A stretch of DNA of 32,004 nt from Snowella sp. (GTDB lineage Bacteria > Cyanobacteriota > Cyanobacteriia > Cyanobacteriales > Microcystaceae), in NCBI GenBank assembly GCA_035285545.1, contig JAYKGY010000088.1, positions 1 to 32,004 on the forward strand, read 5' to 3'. Within the stretch, counting starts at the first letter, position 1. The number at the start of each line of letters is the position of its first letter. Position numbers and translations under genes: made by a program. Below the pieces are notes generated by a model that searched no databases, was not told the origin of the DNA, and saw nothing but the letters and a program-made list of their open reading frames with translations. Below, piece by piece: positions 19,578 to 28,069 of this stretch.

Positions 19578-19669
19578 AGAAGGTTTATTAATAGCTCTTA
19601 ATTTTATGGAAATATCGGCAAATCATTTTTCTAAATTAATAAAATACTTTTGAGTAAAAATAATAAAAT

Positions 19670-21787
19670 ATGAAGTATAAAAACCGTCAAAATAAATTAT
19701 TAAGTGCAAAGAGAAATATTAGCTTAATTCTAGGATTGGTTTTTATCGTATTAACGTTACTCAAGGGGCCCGCGATCGCCGAAACAAAAACAGAGATTCT
19801 TTGGGACACCTGGGGAGTTCCGCACATTTACGCCAAAGATGAAGCCGATTTATTTAGAGCCTTTGGTTGGGCCCAAGCCCATAGTCATGGCAATGCGATT
19901 TTGAAGCTTTATGGACAAGCAAGGGGACGAGCCGCCGAATATTGGGGAATTAATGAATTGCCCTCGGATCAAATGATACAGATGATGGGGATTCCTGAAC
20001 GGGCCACTAGTTGGTATCAAGCCCAAAGTTACCAGATGAGACGGAATCTAGATGCTTTTGCTGAAGGAATTAATACTTACGCCCAAAAACAGCCTCAAGC
20101 GATTGATGAACCCCTTAAAGTGGTATTACCCATAACGGGCGTTGATGTTTTAGCCCATGTTCAGCGTATTCTTTATTTTGAATTTGTCACTAATCCTCAA
20201 GCCTGGGGAGGGGCAACCTCGAATTCATCCAATTTAGGCTCTAATGCTTGGGCGATCGCGCCAAGTAAATCCACATCAGGGAAAGCCATGTTGCTGGCCA
20301 ATCCCCATTTACCCTGGTCAGATAAATTTCGCTTTTATGAAGCCCACCTCAACGGGCCTGGGGTCAATCTTTATGGCGTGGCGTTAGTGGGAATGCCTAT
20401 GCTCGCGATCGCGTTTAATGATCATCTGGGTTGGACATTGACAATCAATCATCCCCATAATGCCAATTTGTATGAATTAACGCTAAAAGATCAGGGTTAT
20501 GTCTGGGACGGAGGGGTTAAACCCTTTACTACACAGACAAAACAGCTAAAAATTAAGCAACGGGATGGCAGTTATCAAACCCTAGAATGGGATATTAAGT
20601 CTTCTCAACAAGGAGTCGTGGTTTCTCAGCAAAGCGATCGCGCCTATGCCCTACGGGTTGCAGGACTAGATCGACCCCAGCTATTAGAACAATTTTGGCA
20701 AATGGGACAGGCCAAAAATCTGTCGGCGTTTGAAAAAGCTTGGCAAAAGTTACAAATTCCCCTATTTAACGTGTTGTATGCCGATCAACAGGGAGAAATT
20801 TTTTATCTTTATAACGCGATCGCACCTAAACGTTCAGGAGATTGGACATTTTGGGATGGAGTCGTGCCTGGTAATACCAGCAAAACCCTGTGGAAAGACT
20901 ATTTAAGCTATGACAAGTTACCAAAATTGAAAAATCCGAAAACAGGCTGGTTACAAAATACGAATGATCCCCCCTGGACAAGTACCTTTCCTTCTCAACT
21001 CAATCCTAAAAATTATCCTGCCGATCTTGCCGCACCGTCCTTGGCCGATGCCCCCAATCTTTTTCGGACACAACGTTCGATTAAATTATTACAGGGAAAT
21101 AAAAAACTCAGTTTAGAGGAGGTGATTCAAGCTAAGTTCTCGTCTCATTTAGAAATGGCGGATCGGGTTTTAGAATTACTCCTACCAGCGGCGAAGTTAT
21201 TGGCCAATCCCATTGGACTAGAAGCGGCAGAGGTTTTACGAAAATGGGATCGCCAAACGAATGCGGATAGTCGGGGGGCGGTTTTATTTATGCTCTGGGC
21301 TTCAACTTTGGGACAAAATCGTATTTTTTCTAAGCCCTGGCAAGCAGACAATCCCTTAAATACGCCTGGTGGATTGGAGAATATTAATACGTCTTTGGCG
21401 GTTTTAGAAGGTGTAGCAGCGCAGATGCAATATCTCTATGGTTCTCTGGATATACCTTGGGGAGAGGTGGTTAAGCTCAATGTTGGCAATTATCAACTCC
21501 CAGCGAGCGGTGGGCCAGGCGAATTAGGAAGTTTTCGCGTTTTAGACCTACGATCGCGCTCTGAGAAACAATTCCAAGCGGTTTTTGGCGATAGTTTTAT
21601 TGCGGCGATCGCCTTTTCCCAACCGTTACAAGCTAAAGTGTTAACCGTCTATGGCAATGCGACCCAACCCAATTCTCCCCATGTGGGCGATCAGTTACCG
21701 CTTTATGCCAAAAATCAGTTAAGAACCGCCTGGCGCGATCGCCAAGAAATCGAACAACATCTGGAATTACGGGAGGATATTGATTGA
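19670..21787 (+). CDS. Secreted Ntn-hydrolase acylase (penicillin/aculeacin/AHL acylase family, peptidase S45)
   Basis: Signal peptide ending AIA-E, WDTWGVPHIYA, FGWAQA, autocatalytic G/SNAWAI (Ser191 at nt 20240), LLANPHLPW, FNVLYAD, QNTNDPPW, YGN...P.SPH..DQ. Confidence 0.92.
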   Translation: MKYKNRQNKLLSAKRNISLILGLVFIVLTLLKGPAIAETKTEILWDTWGVPHIYAKDEADLFRAFGWAQAHSHGNAILKLYGQARGRAAEYWGINELPSDQMIQMMGIPERATSWYQAQSYQMRRNLDAFAEGINTYAQKQPQAIDEPLKVVLPITGVDVLAHVQRILYFEFVTNPQAWGGATSNSSNLGSNAWAIAPSKSTSGKAMLLANPHLPWSDKFRFYEAHLNGPGVNLYGVALVGMPMLAIAFNDHLGWTLTINHPHNANLYELTLKDQGYVWDGGVKPFTTQTKQLKIKQRDGSYQTLEWDIKSSQQGVVVSQQSDRAYALRVAGLDRPQLLEQFWQMGQAKNLSAFEKAWQKLQIPLFNVLYADQQGEIFYLYNAIAPKRSGDWTFWDGVVPGNTSKTLWKDYLSYDKLPKLKNPKTGWLQNTNDPPWTSTFPSQLNPKNYPADLAAPSLADAPNLFRTQRSIKLLQGNKKLSLEEVIQAKFSSHLEMADRVLELLLPAAKLLANPIGLEAAEVLRKWDRQTNADSRGAVLFMLWASTLGQNRIFSKPWQADNPLNTPGGLENINTSLAVLEGVAAQMQYLYGSLDIPWGEVVKLNVGNYQLPASGGPGELGSFRVLDLRSRSEKQFQAVFGDSFIAAIAFSQPLQAKVLTVYGNATQPNSPHVGDQLPLYAKNQLRTAWRDRQEIEQHLELREDID

Positions 21788-21892
21788 TTTCCAAGTATTA
21801 AGGCTTAAAAGACTGATTTTGTCAATTGATGGTGTTAATGTTAATATCTTCAAGGATTTTCCTCCAGCTTAAACAAGTCAAGATGACGGAAA

Positions 21893-24076
21893 ATGTCCTA
21901 TCTTGCTTGGGTTAGTACTATGATTTTTTCCTTTTTCAAAAATTTAAGTTTTCAATCCAAGTTATTAGGATTGATGTTAAGCATTAGTCTATTAACCCTT
22001 TTCTTAACGGGTTTTATTAGTTTCTCCAGTAGTCGAGATACGTTGACAACTACAGCCTATAACCACCTCAACGGGCTTCGGAATGCGAGGGCACAGGCGA
22101 TCGAACAGTATTTTGAGACAATTTATGATCATGTGATGACCATGAGTGAAGCACCCTTGGTTATTAGTTCGATTAAAGCTTTTATTCCGGCTTATCAACA
22201 GTTAGAGAATCTGACCCTCACCGCTGAACAAAAAAAACAACTGGATACCTATTACAATCAAGTATTTATTCCCCAGTTAAAGGCCCATGTTGGAGGGAAG
22301 CCGTCAGCCGCAACCTATGGGTCAGACAGCAATGCGGATGCTTATCTTACCTATTACTATACGGCCAAAAATCCCTATTCCTTTCCCTACGGTTCTCGCA
22401 AATTCAATGATCCCCAAGATGGTAGCGAATACAGTAAAGTTCACAATCAGTACAATGCTCGTCTCAGAAATATTGCAGAAGCCTTTAACTATGATGATGT
22501 TTATTTCATTGATGCAAACTCTGGGATAATTCTCTATTCCTTGGCGAAAGGGATCGATTTAGGAAGTAATTTAAATAGGGGCTATATGTCCGAAACGGGG
22601 TTAGCCAAAGCCTATCGCGCAGCCAAAATTTCTAGGGATCCGAAGTTTATCATTGCCGTCGATTTTGAAAAATATAAACCTGCCTATGGCGCGCCTTCTG
22701 CATTTGTGGCAACAACTATCTTTGACGGCGATCGCCTCATTGGGGTATTGGTCTTTCGGATTACGCCGAAAAAAATTGATCAGATTATGAATGCTAATCG
22801 TCAATGGGAACAGGTAGGCATGGGAAAAACGGGGGAAACCTTGCTAGTGGGTCAAGATAGCTTACTCCGTTCTAGCCCGCGAGTGTTTTTAGCCGATCCT
22901 CAAGCCTATTACCAGGCCCTAGAAAAGAATGATGTGCCAGCGGAGATCATTAACCTAATCAAATCATCGGGTTCGCCAATCTTAATCCAAAAAAATGCCA
23001 ACAATGCTACCCAGAATGCCCTAAATGGAAAAAGCGGAACGGATTTTTACAGAAATTTCAATGGTAAACGGGTTTTTGCTAGCTACCAACCCATTACTCT
23101 CGGCGATTTTAAATGGGCCCTCATCGCCAAAATGGATGAGACAGAAATTTTTCAAGGAATCACTACGCTAGCCCGTCAGTTATTAGTCATGATGGCGATT
23201 CTTATTCCGCTGCTGACCTTGGGTTCAATTTGGATCGCCCGCTTGTTTATGGCTCCCATTCGTCGGTTAATTGCCGCCAATCAAGAAGTTGCGGCTGGTA
23301 ACACCAATATCAGCGTTAAGGTCAATTCTAAAGATGAGTTTGGTCAATTGAGCCGATCATTTAATGATATGGCCAAGACATTAACGGAAAAGGAGACCTA
23401 TCTCCAGTTTCAAATCGCTGAAAATGAGCGTTTATTGCTCAATATTTTGCCACCTAAAGCAGCAGAACGGATGAAAGCAGGGGAGCAGGATACGGTCGAT
23501 TATTTTGATAATGTCACGGTTTTATTTGCGGAAGTCGAAGGATTTGATGAGTTAGCAAAAACCTTGCCTCCTGATGAAGCGATTTTCTTACTGAACGATA
23601 TTATCGGGGCCTTTGATGAAGCGGCGGAAGATTATGGCATTGATAAACTGCAAATTCCGGGGCCAAACTATTTAGCGGCCTGTGGGATTTCTATCCCGAA
23701 AGTGGATCATGCCAAACGGATGGTTGATTTTGCCCTCACCATGCTAGAAGTCATCTATCAACTGAATGAACAACGAAATTTAGATCTGAGTCTGAGTATC
23801 GGTCTCCATTCCGGTGCTATTTCCGCAGGCGTAGTGGGGAGAACGAAGTTTCATTATTCGCTATGGGGTGAAACCATCAATCTTGCTCGTGTTATTCACA
23901 GTTCCTCTCGACAAAATGTGATTCATGTCACCCAATCGGTCGTTAAAGCGTTAGAAGGACTCTATCAATTTGATCCTATCGAGGCGATCGCGATTAAAGG
24001 AAAAGGGAAAATTCCCGTTTGGACATTGACTCTCCCGCCAAGCTCTCCATCAGAACGCCTAACCCCGGAGGTCTAG
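21893..24076 (+). CDS. Membrane receptor with class III adenylate/guanylate cyclase-like domain (TM - large periplasmic Cache-like domain - TM - HAMP - cyclase); catalytic residues degenerate
   Basis: Two TM helices flank a ~380 aa extracytoplasmic region. HAMP segment PIRRL...EVAAGN...KDEFGQLSRSFNDM, transducer element ERLLLNILP, and cyclase fold motifs VTVLFA, IGLHSG...AGVVG, LWGETIN, IKGKG. Confidence 0.9.
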   Translation: MSYLAWVSTMIFSFFKNLSFQSKLLGLMLSISLLTLFLTGFISFSSSRDTLTTTAYNHLNGLRNARAQAIEQYFETIYDHVMTMSEAPLVISSIKAFIPAYQQLENLTLTAEQKKQLDTYYNQVFIPQLKAHVGGKPSAATYGSDSNADAYLTYYYTAKNPYSFPYGSRKFNDPQDGSEYSKVHNQYNARLRNIAEAFNYDDVYFIDANSGIILYSLAKGIDLGSNLNRGYMSETGLAKAYRAAKISRDPKFIIAVDFEKYKPAYGAPSAFVATTIFDGDRLIGVLVFRITPKKIDQIMNANRQWEQVGMGKTGETLLVGQDSLLRSSPRVFLADPQAYYQALEKNDVPAEIINLIKSSGSPILIQKNANNATQNALNGKSGTDFYRNFNGKRVFASYQPITLGDFKWALIAKMDETEIFQGITTLARQLLVMMAILIPLLTLGSIWIARLFMAPIRRLIAANQEVAAGNTNISVKVNSKDEFGQLSRSFNDMAKTLTEKETYLQFQIAENERLLLNILPPKAAERMKAGEQDTVDYFDNVTVLFAEVEGFDELAKTLPPDEAIFLLNDIIGAFDEAAEDYGIDKLQIPGPNYLAACGISIPKVDHAKRMVDFALTMLEVIYQLNEQRNLDLSLSIGLHSGAISAGVVGRTKFHYSLWGETINLARVIHSSSRQNVIHVTQSVVKALEGLYQFDPIEAIAIKGKGKIPVWTLTLPPSSPSERLTPEV

Positions 24077-24078
24077 CA

Positions 24079-25533
24079 ATGAGCTTAACCCTACTCATTC
24101 AACAATTACTTCCTTTCGTATTAATCCTGGTGTTGGGGTTTCCCCTAGTCATGCTGTTACTCGGAGAGTTTATCAATTGGCTAGAAACTCGAAACCTTCC
24201 CCTTGTGGCTCCTGTTCGGATTTTGCGAAATTGGATCGTACCTTCAACGGCCCTATGGATCCTACTAACTCAAGTTTTAACCCTGCCTCGTGATAACTCC
24301 TCCATCAAAATAGTTGAAACGCTGTTTTGGATTACGGTGATCTATGGCGCATTAACCCTAATGAATGTGGTTTTGTTTGAAGACGCGCCGAAAGAAAGTT
24401 GGCAGGCCAAAGTTCCCCAACTTTTACGCGATTTAGCCCGTTTATTTTTGGTGGTACTCGGCGGCTCAATTGTGCTTTCGAGTGTTTGGGGGGCAAATTT
24501 AGCCGGTTTATTGACGGCCTTGGGCTTTGGCTCTTTGGTGTTGGGGTTAGCTCTCCAGGACAGTTTGGGCAATATTTTTTCCGGTATTTCTCTGTTGTTT
24601 GAACAGCCGTTTTCCGTAGGGGACTGGATTAAGGTGGGGGACTATCAAGGCAAAGTGGTGGCTATTAATTGGCGATCGGTTCATTTACTCAATATTGATG
24701 ATTTTATTCAAATTGTTCCGAATTCTATCTTAGCCAAGCAAACTTTCATTAATTACTCCCGACCAACGAATAGTTTACACGTTACGCCGATGGAAATTGG
24801 GTTTTCCTATGATGATCCCCCCAACCAAGTGATTAAACTCCTCCGAGAAGCGGCCTCAAACATTGAAGGAATTTCTCCCAGAAAGCAGCCTAAAGTGACG
24901 GTAACTCGCTATGCAGATTCCTCAATTATTTATAAAATTCAGGTCTATACCGAAACTGTCCCCCTTTCAAGACCCGTTTTAGATGAATTGAAGGCTCGGA
25001 TCTGGTATGTGGCTCGGCGTAATCATTTAACCATTCCCTATCCTATCTATTCTCTCGCCCGACATCATCCCGCTTCAGATTCCCCCGAATCCAATCATCA
25101 ACAAATAGTATCCGCCGTTCATCATACGTCCAGTTTTGCTAGCCTCACGCCCCAGTTATTGGAAAAAGTGTTAAAAGCCAGCGAAATCAAAGATTATGCC
25201 AAACAGGAAATGGTACTGTACCAGGGTGAAGCCTTATCAGGTCTGTACCTTATTTTGCAAGGGGCAGTCCGATTGAGTGCGATTAACCTCAATGAGCAAC
25301 GGGTTACGATTGGAGAATTGTTTGCAGGCGAATTTTTTGGGGAAAAGGCTTCTCTTCTGTCCGATAGAATCAGTGATGTTTCTGTGCAGGTTTTGGAAGA
25401 TTTGCGAGTTTTATTGGTCGATATCGAAACTTTACAGTTTATTTTGGCTCAATCTCCTCGATTAGCTCACGAATTAGGAGAAGTGATGGAACTCCGCCGC
25501 AGAACGATTCAATCCCTTTGCCGAGTTTCCTAA
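24079..25533 (+). CDS. MscS-family channel with C-terminal cyclic-nucleotide-binding domain (bCNG-like)
   Basis: MscS pore region LLTALGFGSLVLGLALQDSLGNIFSG..LLFEQPFSVGDWI, G.V..INWRS, VPNS.L. cNMP fold residues YQGE...LYLILQG.V and GEFFGE. ATG 24079 lies 2 nt after the cyclase stop, with GGAGG at 24067-24071. Confidence 0.92.
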   Translation: MSLTLLIQQLLPFVLILVLGFPLVMLLLGEFINWLETRNLPLVAPVRILRNWIVPSTALWILLTQVLTLPRDNSSIKIVETLFWITVIYGALTLMNVVLFEDAPKESWQAKVPQLLRDLARLFLVVLGGSIVLSSVWGANLAGLLTALGFGSLVLGLALQDSLGNIFSGISLLFEQPFSVGDWIKVGDYQGKVVAINWRSVHLLNIDDFIQIVPNSILAKQTFINYSRPTNSLHVTPMEIGFSYDDPPNQVIKLLREAASNIEGISPRKQPKVTVTRYADSSIIYKIQVYTETVPLSRPVLDELKARIWYVARRNHLTIPYPIYSLARHHPASDSPESNHQQIVSAVHHTSSFASLTPQLLEKVLKASEIKDYAKQEMVLYQGEALSGLYLILQGAVRLSAINLNEQRVTIGELFAGEFFGEKASLLSDRISDVSVQVLEDLRVLLVDIETLQFILAQSPRLAHELGEVMELRRRTIQSLCRVS

Positions 25534-25613
25534 ACGTTTTCTGTGAAAAACGGAATGATTCCCCTGGGTGGCTGTGTAAGCTTAATCATTTGGATAACAA
25601 AGCCAAAAGAGCG

Positions 25614-26135
25614 TTACTCTTTGCCAGAAACAGAATCAGGCAGAGGAGAAGTTGGGGTTGAGGGTTTAGGGGAAGCATGATGATCCTGATTTTGAGCAAA
25701 TAAGATTAAAATGCCTGAAATAATACCAATAGCGATCGCTTGCAGGAGGAGATCCTTTGCCTGACCGTCTTCGGCGAGATTTCCAAAGAAAATTACGACC
25801 ATGTTTAGGAGGATAATATTTCCTAAATTGGATTTCAATTCATGAAAGCTGTTGACCTTAAGGGGTTGTGGCAGATTTAACGGTTGAATAAAGAGTTCGT
25901 AAAGCCCCATCCCTAAAATCAAAAGCGCGATCGCGGTTAAAAAACGTTCAATGACTTCAACAAAATGAAATTCTACTTTTTCCAGTAACCAACGGTGGGT
26001 CAGTAGTTCCCATAATAATTCTGCTGTTTTTACCGAAGCATAGACGAATGCAGAAAAAGCAGTAATCAGAATGAAGAAAATAGATAAAAGGATTAAAGCT
26101 CGATTCAGAAATAATAAACTTTTTACGAAATTCAT
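25614..26135 (-). CDS. YqhA (UPF0114) family membrane protein
   Basis: Four hydrophobic segments; FL.AIALLILGMGLYELFI and L.V.SF.ELK..L are typical of UPF0114. ATG 26135 is preferred over the TTG at 26141. Confidence 0.8.
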   Translation of the reverse strand: MNFVKSLLFLNRALILLSIFFILITAFSAFVYASVKTAELLWELLTHRWLLEKVEFHFVEVIERFLTAIALLILGMGLYELFIQPLNLPQPLKVNSFHELKSNLGNIILLNMVVIFFGNLAEDGQAKDLLLQAIAIGIISGILILFAQNQDHHASPKPSTPTSPLPDSVSGKE

Positions 26136-26348
26136 CGTCAATCTTTCAGTCTTTAAGGGGAGAGAAACAGGATTAAGTAACAGAATAAGCTTAATCGATT
26201 GTCTTACGAATTTTAAGACTAACTTAATCTTAATTAATTATTGCGTCTTATACTCTCTCTACCTGTTCAAATCACCCATTCTAGGGATGTTTTAACGATA
26301 AATTTTATTCCAGTCAAATAAAACCCTTCCCTTTTTGTGGGTTGAAAT

Positions 26349-27425
26349 TTAACTCAAGGCTTCAGATAAATAGTTTGCCGTTGACTCCACTAAAGGAATG
26401 GTTTGTTCGTATAACATTCGGGTTGGGCCAATTAATCCCACACTACCCACGGGAACATTTTTCTGATGATATAACGCCGAAACCAAGGTACAAGGGCGCA
26501 TCGATTCTAAGGGATTTTCTGAGCCGATGCGGATAGTAACGGATTTTTCTAGATTTTCGCGATCGGGCAATTCAAACACTAAGGGAAAAAGCTGATCCTG
26601 TTCTTGTTCCAAGAGATGTAATAACATTTGCACCTGATCCAATTGGGAGAATTCTGGCTGACGAATGACCTCGGATATACCATGAATGACCATCGAAGTA
26701 GAAGATTGTAATAATGGTGCAATTTTCTTTAATAAAACCTTAAGAAAATCTGCGTAGGAAGCAAAATTTTTATCAATTTCTTGCCAATTTAAAGTGGATA
26801 ATTCTGATAATGTCCTACCTTTTAATTGACTATTTAAAAAATTGGATAAAATCTGTAATTCTTCATCAAATTCTTCTTGGGAAATGGACTCATTAAATAA
26901 AGCATTTTGGGGTAAATCCATTAAAATCGAATGGGTATGATAACCATCCGTGACCAGGATAATCATGACCTGTTGAGGCGAAACTTGAATGAGTTGCAGA
27001 TGGCGGAGTTGAACAGCAGCCGTTTGGGGAAAAGTAATTAAAGCAATATAGCCACTTAAATTCGCTAAAATTTGGGTTGCTCGTTGTAATAACGATTCTA
27101 AACTCCAGGTTTCGGTTTTCAATTGTTGCTGGAGAGATTGACCAATTTTTTCTTTTTTTGCTTCATTAAAAGTAATTAATTGATCCACATAAATTCGATA
27201 GCCCCAATCTGAGGGAATACGTCCTGCGGAAATATGGGGCTGATAGAGTAGACCCGCTTTTTCTAAACTGCCTAAAGCATTACGAATCGTTGCCGAACTG
27301 ACACTAAAATTATATTCTGCAAGTAAGGTTTTAGACCCTACCGGCTCGGCCGTTGCAATGTAATGTTGAATCGTTGCTCGTAGGATACTTTGATAGCGTT
27401 CAGTTAAAGGGGGGGGATTTAGCAT
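26349..27425 (-). CDS. hrcA: Heat-inducible transcription repressor
   Basis: ILRATIQHYIATAEPVGSKTL, SSATIRN.LG.LE..GLLYQPH.SAGRIPSD.GYR.YVD, IRIGSEN, IGPTRM.Y. Confidence 0.97.
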   Translation of the reverse strand: MLNPPPLTERYQSILRATIQHYIATAEPVGSKTLLAEYNFSVSSATIRNALGSLEKAGLLYQPHISAGRIPSDWGYRIYVDQLITFNEAKKEKIGQSLQQQLKTETWSLESLLQRATQILANLSGYIALITFPQTAAVQLRHLQLIQVSPQQVMIILVTDGYHTHSILMDLPQNALFNESISQEEFDEELQILSNFLNSQLKGRTLSELSTLNWQEIDKNFASYADFLKVLLKKIAPLLQSSTSMVIHGISEVIRQPEFSQLDQVQMLLHLLEQEQDQLFPLVFELPDRENLEKSVTIRIGSENPLESMRPCTLVSALYHQKNVPVGSVGLIGPTRMLYEQTIPLVESTANYLSEALS

Positions 27426-27554
27426 GATTCAGTCAAAACAACTTTTTAAACGAAAATTTTAAAGATGACATCGTTAATAATATTGGCTTAATACTATAGC
27501 ATTAAGTTTCAAAAAGCGTCTTTACAAAGGTTTAGTAAGCTGTTTTAAAATCCG

Positions 27555-27899
27555 TTAATAGCGGGCCACTTTGGGGTCAACCAATGCCGCGTAAGCGTCG
27601 ATTCCACCCACCACATTTTTAACATTGGTAAAACCAATATTTCGTAGCCATTGGCACATCCGATCCGATCGCATTCCGTGATGACAAATAACTAAGGTCT
27701 CATTGCGGGGTTGATAGCGAGTTTGAATGGTTTCTGACCAATTCGCAAAATCACTCAAGGGGAGGACATCGAATCCTTCTAGGTGCGCGATCGCGACCTC
27801 ATGGGGTTCCCGTACATCAATCAGTTGTAAATCCGAGTCTTTGTTCGCTAAACGCAGGGCAAGTTCCTGCACCGTAATTTCCGTAATCACTTTAGTCAT
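27555..27899 (-). CDS. Single-domain rhodanese / sulfurtransferase
   Basis: LIDVREPHE, active-site loop CHHGMRS, NVVGGIDAY, DPKVARY. Confidence 0.93.
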   Translation of the reverse strand: MTKVITEITVQELALRLANKDSDLQLIDVREPHEVAIAHLEGFDVLPLSDFANWSETIQTRYQPRNETLVICHHGMRSDRMCQWLRNIGFTNVKNVVGGIDAYAALVDPKVARY

Positions 27900-28069
27900 A
27901 ACTGGAGAGGTAATAATCGGTATTCTTAAAGACGTACTTAATAGGGTAACAGGTTCTCTTACGAATCAGGAAAGGACGGTAATAACGACAAGAGCGCATC
28001 ATTAGTCTCTTCAGCAGACCCCTACAATAAAACTAGAGAACGTAAATTAAATCATTTCGAGATAAGACT

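Noticed and set aside
24019..24078. ORF-track N-terminal extensions (channel TTG 24019; likewise pdxJ 5939 and ycf4 30101)
   Set aside because: Downstream starts (24079, 5960, 30155) have better RBS context or match the family N-termini.
25564..25573. CTGGGTGGCT repeated at 31871-31880
   Set aside because: A single 10-mer match is expected by chance in 32 kb, and the flanks do not extend the match.
19140..26141. Recently acquired genomic island or prophage
   Set aside because: No integrase, phage genes or flanking direct repeats are visible. HIP1 sites occur in the acylase, cyclase and yqhA genes, which points to long residence.
27426..28069. CIRCE element near hrcA or ftsH4
   Set aside because: No TTAGCACTC-N9-GAGTGCTAA match was found by eye.
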